40,079 nt of DNA from an uncultured virus (IMG/VR IMGVR_UViG_3300022555_003212) (lineage: Duplodnaviria > Heunggongvirae > Uroviricota > Caudoviricetes), in IMG/VR virus record IMGVR_UViG_3300022555_003212; one strand, written 5' to 3'. The notes below the pieces were generated by a model that was not told the origin of the DNA, ran no database searches, and saw nothing but the letters and a program-made list of their open reading frames with translations. The translations under genes and the position numbers were made by a program. Position 1 is the first letter of the stretch. Every line of letters starts with the position of its first letter. Below are positions 27,493 to 35,969 of the stretch, one piece after another.

Positions 27493-27504
27493 TATATATA
27501 TATT
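27493..27504 (-). promoter_or_regulatory. Putative late-type promoter (AATATATATATA)
   Basis: Upstream of ATG 27472. Confidence 0.4.
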
Positions 27505-27525
27505 TTTAAACTTAAAATCTTGTCA

Positions 27526-28017
27526 CTAAAAAGCTGAATTCCCCCGATAATATTCAAATATAGACGATAAAAATTCTTTATAATTTTTTTCATTTTGTCT
27601 TGCTTCTCTTACCGCAACTGAATAGTCATCATTCGTGGCTGATTCTATCACAGTAATTGAAACTCTAACCTCATCCGCTATATGTGGTTCTATATCACGC
27701 AATGTAAGATATTCATCCTCACCTTCACTTGAATACTCGATACTTTCAAGATCGTCAACATCTTCACTTTTATCCATATCCCAGTTATCAATATTTTCAA
27801 CCTGATTGCCAAGCCATTGCAACCATAGATCACCAAATCTGTTTTCATTATTCTTATCTACTAAGTATATTCCATAAACTTTACCAGCCCGTTCAACTAT
27901 ATCATCTCTCCAATCTTGGGTTTCATCCAATTTAACAACATAAAGTAACGGAATTTGAATATTTACAAACTCTCTCTTGGGGGCACCTTCTAAAATAAAA
28001 TCAGAATAATTTTTCAT
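27526..28017 (-). CDS. N-tagged acidic protein, no FDL
   Basis: MKNYSDFILE start; ATGA overlap with upstream FDL gene. Confidence 0.8.
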   Translation of the reverse strand: MKNYSDFILEGAPKREFVNIQIPLLYVVKLDETQDWRDDIVERAGKVYGIYLVDKNNENRFGDLWLQWLGNQVENIDNWDMDKSEDVDDLESIEYSSEGEDEYLTLRDIEPHIADEVRVSITVIESATNDDYSVAVREARQNEKNYKEFLSSIFEYYRGNSAF

Positions 28018-28592
28018 AAATCAAATTGCTTTATTTTTCCCATAGATGGGAATATACTATCGATAAATTTTCTTGTTTCAGCATCTGCCATATCATAAAA
28101 ATCTTCGCCCTGATCATTTTTAATGTTTGGGTTAGCACCTTTTGCTAATAGCATTCTAATAATTTCATTTTTGGAGCCAGCACCCGTATTAATTTTTGGA
28201 AGATCAACAGTAATCATTAATGCTGTAAACCCTTCATATTTTTTATCAAATGTAACTTTCACATTTAAATCAATTTCTTTCTGATTTAATAAAAACTTCG
28301 CAGCGGTAAATTTACAATTCCTTATAGCAAGAATTAGTGGGGTCTCATTTGCATAATTTACGGCATTTATATTTGCACCTCTTAATATTAAGCCTTTCAC
28401 AGTAGATAAATATCCAGCAATTGCAGCCGTCTGTAATGGTGTATACCCACCATCTATAGTTTCAATATCAATTCCCTCATCAAGTATCTTAGCCACAAGT
28501 TCCCATTTTCCCATTTGAATACAATCAAACATCAAATGTGCTCTATCTTGCTTGTATTCTTCTAAAATAACAAATTCAAAATAATTATTCAT
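28014..28592 (-). CDS. Ankyrin-repeat protein, dual-tagged
   Basis: MNNYFEFVILEE; GYTPLQTAA, LILRGANIN, ETPLILAI, LLAKGANPN; IKQFDL. Confidence 0.9.
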   Translation of the reverse strand: MNNYFEFVILEEYKQDRAHLMFDCIQMGKWELVAKILDEGIDIETIDGGYTPLQTAAIAGYLSTVKGLILRGANINAVNYANETPLILAIRNCKFTAAKFLLNQKEIDLNVKVTFDKKYEGFTALMITVDLPKINTGAGSKNEIIRMLLAKGANPNIKNDQGEDFYDMADAETRKFIDSIFPSMGKIKQFDL

Positions 28593-28596
28593 ACCA

Positions 28597-28893
28597 CTAT
28601 ATATTATTTTCTAATACAAGTAAATTATTTTCTATTTTTTTGCACAATGAAATGAAATTATTAACATCGTCAATATTTAGATTGAACCATTCCCTATTTA
28701 AATTATTATGGGAATATAATCTATGTAAGCATTTTTCAATTTTCCTTTCATAATGACCTTCGAATACGTACAATATTTTTAGATTACCATCATTTCCAGT
28801 CTTTAGTTCATCTAATCTTTTATTTGGGTGCTTTGAATATCCAATCTTATATACAGTATCGTAGGACCGATTACATTCAATCAAATAAATCAT
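28597..28893 (-). CDS. T5orf172-like (GIY-YIG superfamily) protein
   Basis: MIYLI...YKIGYSKHPNKRLDELKTGN...E..LH....REWF. Confidence 0.85.
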   Translation of the reverse strand: MIYLIECNRSYDTVYKIGYSKHPNKRLDELKTGNDGNLKILYVFEGHYERKIEKCLHRLYSHNNLNREWFNLNIDDVNNFISLCKKIENNLLVLENNI

Positions 28894-28992
28894 TTATTTA
28901 TATTTTTTATAATATATATAAAAAATATAAAGTCATCTCATTCTGATAACGGATAAAAAGTAGAATTTAAATTTTTATATATAACTATAAAA

Positions 28993-29901
28993 ATGATAAT
29001 CTATAAAATAACAAATTTGATAAATAACAAATGCTATGTTGGTCAAGACAGTAAAAATGATCCTAATTATTATGGGTCTGGTAAATTAATACATCAAGCC
29101 ATAAAAAAATATGGTAAAAATAATTTTAAAAAAGAAATATTAGAATTTTGCGATAAAAAAGATTTAAATATAAGAGAGAAGTATTGGATACGAGAAATAA
29201 ATTCATTAGTACCAAACGGATATAATATGCATGAAGGTGGCACTGGTGGCGATACTTATACATTTCAAACTAATAAAAGGAAGAAAGAAATCACTAAAAA
29301 AAGACAAGAAATGATGATCTTTAAATATGGTGGAAATCAAAATAAAGGAATTAAATTGTCTGATGAAAGAAAAAAGGAAATTGGAGATAGTAATAGAGGT
29401 AAGAAACATCCAAATAGGAAGAAGATTAAACTTACGCAAGAACATAAAAATAAAATAAGTAATTCATTAATTGGAAAAATCGTAAGCGAAGAAACAAGGA
29501 AAAAAATGAGTGATAATATGATTGGCACAAAGTTAACAGAAACCGCCAAAAATAAAATATCTAAAGCGTTAAGGGGTAATAAAAATGCCAGTGGATATAA
29601 ACATACAGACGCTGCAAAAAGTAAGATGATCAAATTTAAAGACGGTCATATTCCATGGAATAAAGGATTAACATCAAAAAATAGTGATGGAGTTAAAAGA
29701 ATTTCTATCAGTCGAAAAAATAATCTAACGATCTATAAATTGCAAACCCCATTAAACAAAATATTTGAATTCAAAGGTAAAAATATGCTACAGGAATATA
29801 TACGTATTATCAATGATAATTTTGAAAATAAACGTAATAGCAAAATAAATATTAGGGTGCTAATAAAAAATAAAGAATCTAAAGGTTATAAACTATTATA
29901 A
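28993..29901 (+). mobile_element. Free-standing GIY-YIG homing endonuclease with NUMOD3-like repeats (Seg-like)
   Basis: IIYKITNLINNKCYVGQ, YYGSG, E..WI, GYN; repeated S/T-xE-x-K-x-KIS motifs and PWNKG. Confidence 0.9.
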
Positions 29902-29925
29902 TTTTTTTCTTCTATAACTTTTTAT

Positions 29926-29933
29926 TACTTTTG
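29926..29933 (+). promoter_or_regulatory. Bacteroidota-type -7 element (TACTTTTG)
   Basis: TAnnTTTG 19 nt upstream of ATG 29953. Confidence 0.5.
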
Positions 29934-29952
29934 CTTTGAAAAAATCAAAACT

Positions 29953-30102
29953 ATGAAAAAACTCAGAACATATATTAAGCAATTGCTTTGTGACCACACA
30001 TTTGAAGCGGATACCCAAATAAAGGTTATTAAGTGCTCGAAATGTGAAAAAAAGTATTGGTACATAATTAAGGATATTTTTCCAAATTCACTTCAAAAAT
30101 AA
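29953..30102 (+). CDS. 49-aa Zn-ribbon-like protein (not in ORF track)
   Basis: MKKLRTYIKQLLCDHTF...KCSKCEKK; CxH + CxxC. Confidence 0.65.
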   Translation: MKKLRTYIKQLLCDHTFEADTQIKVIKCSKCEKKYWYIIKDIFPNSLQK

Positions 30103-30109
30103 TTACTGC

Positions 30110-30718
30110 ATGATAAAGGTTGGAGTTACGGGTGGTATAGGATCGGGTAAATCTTATGTCTGCGAACTATTTCATACACTGCATGATATAGAAATTTACA
30201 ATACAGATCGAAAGGTGCAAGATGATATTATGCACCGCCCACACATACATCAGCAAATCATAGATAATTATGGTGAAGATTCTTATGTGGATGGTAGCCT
30301 TAATAAAGAAAAGTTTAGAAAACTTTTATTTTACGATGAATCTGCCAGAAAAACAATGGATCAAATTATTTCAGTTGAACTGAGAAATGATATTTATTTG
30401 TGGTGTAAAACTCAGGCAACACCATATGTTATAATCGAATGTGCCATTTTATTTGAACATAACATGGAAGCCTTATTTGATAAAATAATCACCGTATTTT
30501 GTCCAATGGAGATAAGGCTCAAAAGATTGAGTGGTAGGCGGAAAGGACTTAATCCAGAAAAAGAAGCAGCATTTAGCGATACTCATAAAAAAATAATAGA
30601 CATTCAAATGCCAGACGAAGAAAAAATAAAAAGATCGGATTATGTAATAAAGAGCGAAGATGATTCAGTTATTGATGAAATAAATAAACTTCATCAAAAA
30701 TTAATTAAACTTGCTTAA
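30110..30718 (+). CDS. coaE: Dephospho-CoA kinase
   Basis: VGVTGGIGSGKS P-loop, ECAILFE, R..RL..R, QM..EEK...SDYVI. Confidence 0.9.
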   Translation: MIKVGVTGGIGSGKSYVCELFHTLHDIEIYNTDRKVQDDIMHRPHIHQQIIDNYGEDSYVDGSLNKEKFRKLLFYDESARKTMDQIISVELRNDIYLWCKTQATPYVIIECAILFEHNMEALFDKIITVFCPMEIRLKRLSGRRKGLNPEKEAAFSDTHKKIIDIQMPDEEKIKRSDYVIKSEDDSVIDEINKLHQKLIKLA

Positions 30719-30738
30719 TTATTTTAACTACAAATTTT

Positions 30739-31332
30739 ATGACACTAACTGAGTTGGAAAACATATTGACAAGTGTAAAGTTTGCTTCAGAATTTAAGGG
30801 CACAGCAAAAGATTTATATGATAGGTGGAATGAACCACATCGCCATTTTCACACACTCAACAACCATTTCGAAAGAATAATTTCATTGATTGAAAAACAC
30901 AAGTCGGAAATGACTATGTATAAATATGATTTATTGCGTATAATTGCAATTTATCATGACATTGTTTACCTACCAAGGATAGATAAGTTGAATGTTATTG
31001 ACAGTGTTGAAAAATTCAAGAAAGATTTTCCCGACCTTCAAGAAGATTTAAGTGATGTCATAATCAAAGGAATAATGAGTACGATTGATCATGATGTCAA
31101 TCATCCAGATAGTATATGCCGTTATTTTAATAATTTTGATATGTACGGCTTATTTCATGATAATGCTGCTGATTTGATTCGTGATAATGTTCTTCTTAGA
31201 AAAGAATATGAGAATGCTATGGACATGAATGTATTCACCGCAAACAATATAAAATTTCTATCTGGCTATATCAAACACAACCCAGAAATTAAGAAATTAA
31301 TTGAGCATATAAAAAAAATCCCAAATAAATGA
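30739..31332 (+). CDS. HD-superfamily metal-dependent phosphohydrolase
   Basis: WNEPHRHFHTLNNH, AIYHDIVY, D..G, LRKEY. Confidence 0.85.
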   Translation: MTLTELENILTSVKFASEFKGTAKDLYDRWNEPHRHFHTLNNHFERIISLIEKHKSEMTMYKYDLLRIIAIYHDIVYLPRIDKLNVIDSVEKFKKDFPDLQEDLSDVIIKGIMSTIDHDVNHPDSICRYFNNFDMYGLFHDNAADLIRDNVLLRKEYENAMDMNVFTANNIKFLSGYIKHNPEIKKLIEHIKKIPNK

Positions 31333-31958
31333 TTACCGAGAAGATTAATTCAATATTTGATATCAATGAATGTTTATTTTTTAAAGAGCGTGGTATGGCT
31401 GGGCATGAATATATTACCAGCAATAATTATTATGAATGGTACTATTCTCTGACAAAAGAAATTAAACCAGAAAGTATATTGGAAATCGGTGTACGTTACG
31501 GGTATAGCCTTTGCTGTATGGCTCTTGCTTGCGATAAAAATGTTTATTTGGAAGGTTGGGATAGCGTTGACACTTTACCTTTAAGTGAACGTGATATATT
31601 AGATGTTGCCAAAGAAAATTTAAAAAATCTTGGATACAACAATTTCAATATAATAACCCAAGATTCACACAGTATCCAAAAAATGCCACGAAAATTTGAT
31701 CTTGTTCATATTGACGGGGATCATAGTTATCAGGGTAAAATAATGGATTTGGACCTTGTTAAGAATTCATGTAAATATTTGATAATTGATGATTATCACC
31801 ATCTACCTCAAGTAAGAATGGCAGTTGATTTTTTCATGGGGCAAAATCAAAGCATTATTAAAACAGCTTATGTCATCAACAGTTTTAGAGGAACTATGTT
31901 TGTCGAGTTTCTAACAGATGAATTGCCTGATCTACAACTTGTAGAGTCAGTCCAGTAA
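31329..31958 (+). CDS. Class I SAM-dependent methyltransferase (Methyltransf_24-like)
   Basis: ILEIGVRYGYS, FDLVHIDGDHSY, LIIDDY. Confidence 0.9.
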   Translation: MITEKINSIFDINECLFFKERGMAGHEYITSNNYYEWYYSLTKEIKPESILEIGVRYGYSLCCMALACDKNVYLEGWDSVDTLPLSERDILDVAKENLKNLGYNNFNIITQDSHSIQKMPRKFDLVHIDGDHSYQGKIMDLDLVKNSCKYLIIDDYHHLPQVRMAVDFFMGQNQSIIKTAYVINSFRGTMFVEFLTDELPDLQLVESVQ

Positions 31959-32481
31959 TATCATTTAAGTTAAAATCTGTTTCTCTGGCTTCATTCCAAA
32001 TTTGATTTATTTTGATACAAACTTTGCTGTCGGGTTTATTTTTGATAACCTTATCGGCATCATCAATCATAATATCAACATGATCCCATTTTTGTCTTGC
32101 GCTTCTGGAAAATACAATATCATCTCTTAGCACACCAAATCTATCAAGCCAATTCTTAGTTTCTTCAATAGATTTTTCAGTAGGCTGAAATGTAACTACA
32201 ATCATGTCACCGCCAAGGCTTTTAATATAGTTATATGCTTTGTTAACTGTTTCAATAGCATCTTGATATGGTTGTGATATCTGACATATCTCATGCTTGT
32301 GATCATCAAACCACTCATCTGGATCACAACCATTATAATCCATTCTTCTATACCAATACCAATCATCGACAGGTTCTGGAGTTTTATCAGGAAAATATTT
32401 TTTGTAAAGGTTGTTAAATCCTTCACCAAAATTATTCATTGTACCATCTACATCTACGCCAAATTTTATTTTTTTTATCAT
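31894..32481 (-). CDS. HAD-family 5'(3')-deoxyribonucleotidase (NT5C-like); start revised to 32481
   Basis: GVDVDGT, VVT, T..WL, K, IMIDD, WN motifs. Confidence 0.85.
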   Translation of the reverse strand: MIKKIKFGVDVDGTMNNFGEGFNNLYKKYFPDKTPEPVDDWYWYRRMDYNGCDPDEWFDDHKHEICQISQPYQDAIETVNKAYNYIKSLGGDMIVVTFQPTEKSIEETKNWLDRFGVLRDDIVFSRSARQKWDHVDIMIDDADKVIKNKPDSKVCIKINQIWNEARETDFNLNDITGLTLQVVDQAIHLLETRQT

Positions 32482-32532
32482 AAACTTTATTATATTTGTT
32501 AATATATAGCAGAAAAACGAAAGGAGGTTGTC

Positions 32533-32751
32533 ATGGAAAATAAAAATTTGAAAGTCTGTTATTACTGCATTCATGGAAGACCAAGGAAGAATAATCTTTG
32601 TTCAATCAATAAGTATTTAGTTAAAGATGTCCATACTCATACCTGTGATCAATATTTGCCAGATAAATGGCTAATTGATTTCGAATCTACCCGTATTGAG
32701 TCTAAACAAGACGATGAGGGTAGTAATCTCGTGCTGCGTATGGCAGCTTAA
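32533..32751 (+). CDS. Small Cys-rich hypothetical protein
   Basis: CYYC...C...HTC; preceded by AAAGGAGG. Confidence 0.65.
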   Translation: MENKNLKVCYYCIHGRPRKNNLCSINKYLVKDVHTHTCDQYLPDKWLIDFESTRIESKQDDEGSNLVLRMAA

Positions 32752-32797
32752 AAACAATTTTTTTTATTCAACAATTTTTTTATTCAACATTTATTTC

Positions 32798-32816
32798 TAC
32801 CTTTGCTACAAAGATA
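32798..32816. promoter_or_regulatory. Facing pair of Bacteroidota -7 elements (TACCTTTG on +, TATCTTTG on -)
   Basis: Two TAnnTTTG matches in inverted orientation just upstream of ATG 32831. Confidence 0.45.
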
Positions 32817-32830
32817 TAAAAAATTATCTT

Positions 32831-33901
32831 ATGAAAAAAATACTTGTAGGAATTTCAGGTGGAATAGCAGCATACAAAACATTGGACATCGTTTCCATCC
32901 TAACCAAAATGGGTTATGAAGTCCATGTAATAATGACAGATACTGCTAAAAACTTTTGCTCAAGTGCCGTTGCAAACGTCCTTAGTGGCGGAAATCTTAA
33001 AACCGAAACCCCAGATCAAACAAGCCACATAGTTGAAGCAAAATGGTGTGATGCTTTTATTCTCGTTCCAGCAACTGCCAATACGATTGCAAAAATAGCG
33101 AGTGGAATTGCAGACAATTTTCTATTATCCACAATTTTGGTACTTGCTGACAAAGCAAGAATGATTTGCCCAGCCATGAATACCAACATGTGGGAAAACC
33201 CAATCACACAAGAGAATATAGATAAGCTTAAAAAACATCACTGGCATATAATATCGCCAGTATCTGGATTATTGGCTTGTAATGATACTGGAATGGGTAA
33301 ACTTCCAAAACCAAAAGAAATAGTCGAAAAAATAGTGGATATTATTGATCCATTACCAAAATGGAATTTTCCATTAAAAATGCAATATGTTGGCACCACT
33401 ATCGATTCAAATTCGTTTATGGATATTGATACTTCATATCAAGTGGAAATATTACTATCACCGCACGTTGGCGGATTTGGTGTTAGGCGTAGGCATGATG
33501 TTCATAGTGGGGTTGACTTATACGCTCCAGTTGGAACTCCAGTGTATCCTGTTGAGGCTGGTAAAATTGTAAGCATTGAGCCTTTCACAGGTAAACTGGC
33601 AGATTGTGACTGGTGGGAAGATACATGGGGTGTGTATGTAGAAGGCGCATCTGGTATCGTAGTCTATGGTGAAATGTTACCAAATCCAATATTTAACGTT
33701 GGGGATTTATTGCAGCCAACCGATGTTATTGGGCACGTATTAAATGTTTTGAAAAAAGATAAAGGTCGCCCACGTAGTATGCTTCATATAGAACTGCATA
33801 AGCATGGGGTTATTAACAATCCGCATTGGGTTAAAGGCGGGCCAAAGCCTGATGGGTTATTAGACCCAACAAAATATTTGATTAAATCTAATAAGGAATG
33901 A
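32831..33901 (+). CDS. coaC: Phosphopantothenoylcysteine decarboxylase (CoaC flavoprotein) fused to M23 peptidase; start revised to 32831
   Basis: ILVGISGGIAAYK, PATANTIAKIASGIADN, PAMNTNMW, LACNDTGMGKL; then HSGVDLYAPVGTPVY and MLHIEL (M23 HxxxD / xLH). Confidence 0.9.
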   Translation: MKKILVGISGGIAAYKTLDIVSILTKMGYEVHVIMTDTAKNFCSSAVANVLSGGNLKTETPDQTSHIVEAKWCDAFILVPATANTIAKIASGIADNFLLSTILVLADKARMICPAMNTNMWENPITQENIDKLKKHHWHIISPVSGLLACNDTGMGKLPKPKEIVEKIVDIIDPLPKWNFPLKMQYVGTTIDSNSFMDIDTSYQVEILLSPHVGGFGVRRRHDVHSGVDLYAPVGTPVYPVEAGKIVSIEPFTGKLADCDWWEDTWGVYVEGASGIVVYGEMLPNPIFNVGDLLQPTDVIGHVLNVLKKDKGRPRSMLHIELHKHGVINNPHWVKGGPKPDGLLDPTKYLIKSNKE

Positions 33902-34221
33902 AAAATTCTTCCGAACATAAAGCTTGGAAATTGTGGGCATATTTGCCTATCACTTCATTAGAAGAAAATCCTACAGAAGATGAAATGATGTATCTTGGTA
34001 TTTTTGATTCGAAAGAAAAAAAAGTTGAGGCTATGGAGAAGTTTTTAGCTTTTCTTGAAACCGAAGACTTTTCTGAAGATAGTGTTAATATTTTCAGATC
34101 AAAAGAAATTGTAATGAATAAATATGAGCATTATGTTCCAACCAAAGAGCAGATTGAAAAATATAATAGGAATAAAAAAGCTTGGCAAATAAAAGATAAA
34201 ACACAAAGATTTGACCTATGA
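33898..34221 (+). CDS. FDL-tailed protein without N-tag, inside the CoA operon
   Basis: YLGIFDSKEK...TQRFDL, ATGA overlaps on both sides. Confidence 0.8.
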   Translation: MKNSSEHKAWKLWAYLPITSLEENPTEDEMMYLGIFDSKEKKVEAMEKFLAFLETEDFSEDSVNIFRSKEIVMNKYEHYVPTKEQIEKYNRNKKAWQIKDKTQRFDL

Positions 34222-34745
34222 ACCTACCAGAAAATTTTGAGCTTTTAAACTCAGCAAAATATTTTGAGTCCTACATTAAAGAAGATTGGGGGGTGATAAA
34301 CCTAACACCACACTTGAATTATCATAATTTTTTCCGAAATGGTGAACTTACTAAGCGGGTTGCGGATTTTTTAGGATACCATTATCAAAAGGACGATGGC
34401 GTAGTAATAAATAAATTTGCATCTCAAAAATCCCTTGTGAATGCTCAATTTGTATCCACAATGATCATGACTGATGGTGAAGTTAAAATGCTTGACGAAT
34501 TATTTGGAAGAGGAAAAAGAACAAATCGTCTGGGTGAAGGTAGAGCAACGGTTTACTTCTTTAAAATAAATGGTAAGCTCGTAATGCTATTTCATGATAG
34601 TCGTGGCGTTGCAACTGAAATTGAGTCAAATTTAACTAAAGAAGAATTTCTGGATATTGAAACTGATTTAATAAAATACCTATACAGTGGATTTTCTCAG
34701 GAATGGAAAGATGAAATAAACTTAATAATGGGAAGGACAAAATAA
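34218..34745 (+). CDS. Hypothetical protein
   Basis: 175-aa operon ORF. Confidence 0.7.
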   Translation: MNLPENFELLNSAKYFESYIKEDWGVINLTPHLNYHNFFRNGELTKRVADFLGYHYQKDDGVVINKFASQKSLVNAQFVSTMIMTDGEVKMLDELFGRGKRTNRLGEGRATVYFFKINGKLVMLFHDSRGVATEIESNLTKEEFLDIETDLIKYLYSGFSQEWKDEINLIMGRTK

Positions 34746-34921
34746 TGGCACCATTGGCATTCTGTCCATTCTGTGGCTGGAATTCTATAAGCATACATCC
34801 GTCAATGGGAATATATGACGAGGAATGGTTTACTTGCTCAACATGCTTAATGCAAGATTTAACAAAAAAGCATAAATTAAAAAATGAAAGAAAATTGAAA
34901 CTTAAAAAATTAAAGATATGA
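34745..34921 (+). CDS. 58-aa Zn-ribbon protein with RxxKLxxL tag (not in ORF track)
   Basis: MAPLAFCPFCG...CSTC...ERKLKLKKLKI*; overlaps both neighbours. Confidence 0.75.
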   Translation: MAPLAFCPFCGWNSISIHPSMGIYDEEWFTCSTCLMQDLTKKHKLKNERKLKLKKLKI

Positions 34922-35250
34922 CACAATTAATTTTTTTGGGTGAAGAATTAGACCCTACCAAAGAGCATGAATTATTGATTGATCCAAATGATCATCCATT
35001 CGGAGTCAACGCTATACTTCAACTTAAGGAACCACTATTTCCAACCAGCGTTCCTAAGGGTGGTGAAGAGGATATTATGAATATTAACAATCTTACAGAA
35101 GTTCATAGTTTATATCCAACCCATTGTGGTAAAACACCATGCCGAATTGCATTTGAAAGCGATATACATGGCACTGGATTCACTTACGATATGAATGATA
35201 TCAAAGTAGTACACATTGTTCACGCATCATTTAAAGCCGAAGAGATATGA
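34918..35250 (+). CDS. Hypothetical protein
   Basis: 110-aa operon ORF. Confidence 0.7.
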   Translation: MTQLIFLGEELDPTKEHELLIDPNDHPFGVNAILQLKEPLFPTSVPKGGEEDIMNINNLTEVHSLYPTHCGKTPCRIAFESDIHGTGFTYDMNDIKVVHIVHASFKAEEI

Positions 35251-35969
35251 AAATTCTGATAACATCTGGTGGAACACGAGAAATGATTGATGGTGTTCGT
35301 TGCATTACAAATATATCAACTGGAAAACTTGCCGTTAAAATTCTGGAAGAATTAGTTGGTCAAGAAAAAATAAATAATATTCGTTCAGACAAAAGACTGG
35401 AACGAATGGAATTTATTTTTATTCACACCAAAGGATCGGCAATGCCGCCAAGCACAATTATCGAATCATATGATATCGATATTAAATACATCGAGGTTAC
35501 AGACACTCAAAGTGCAATGGATGCTATGGAAGAATTGGTACCAACTGTTGACGTTGTTATTCATCCGATGGCAGTTTCGGACTTCGCATTTGCACCAATA
35601 AAAACTAAGCTGAAAAGCAATGATCCTGAAGCTTTTATTGAAAGTGTGAAGGAACGTATTTATCGTACACCAAAAATTTTATCCCACATCAAAGAATGGA
35701 ATCCGAATTGTTTTTTAATTTCATTTAAATTTGAAGATGGAGTAGATCACGATGAGCTGATCAGGATAGCATTTGATTCTCTATTGAAGAATAAAAGTGA
35801 CATTGTCATAGCAAATGAAAAACAAGAAATGAATAATCTTGGTATACACCGAGCATATTTTGTCACCCAAGGCTCTGTCACAGCCCCAGACGTTCTTATG
35901 GTTGACGGTAAGCCAAATATTGCTAATAAAATTGTTGAGATTGTTCTAAGTAGACTTCCGCAGTTTTAA
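35247..35969 (+). CDS. coaB: Phosphopantothenate-cysteine ligase (stand-alone CoaB)
   Basis: ILITSGGTREMIDGVRCITNISTGKL, MAVSDF, TPKIL, ISFKFE, VIAN. Confidence 0.9.
   Translation: MKILITSGGTREMIDGVRCITNISTGKLAVKILEELVGQEKINNIRSDKRLERMEFIFIHTKGSAMPPSTIIESYDIDIKYIEVTDTQSAMDAMEELVPTVDVVIHPMAVSDFAFAPIKTKLKSNDPEAFIESVKERIYRTPKILSHIKEWNPNCFLISFKFEDGVDHDELIRIAFDSLLKNKSDIVIANEKQEMNNLGIHRAYFVTQGSVTAPDVLMVDGKPNIANKIVEIVLSRLPQF

Noticed and set aside
9337..28592. Eukaryotic giant virus origin suggested by ankyrins and a KDEL-like C-terminus
   Set aside because: ATGA-coupled operons, intrinsic terminators and bacterial-type Coa/Nad enzymes indicate bacterial expression, and the FDL proteins lack signal peptides, so ER retention makes no sense.
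2615..34221. FDL tail as a canonical beta-clamp motif (QL[SD]LF)
   Set aside because: Only the QFDL variants resemble it; R is commoner than Q and the terminal F is missing. Kept only as one hypothesis to test.
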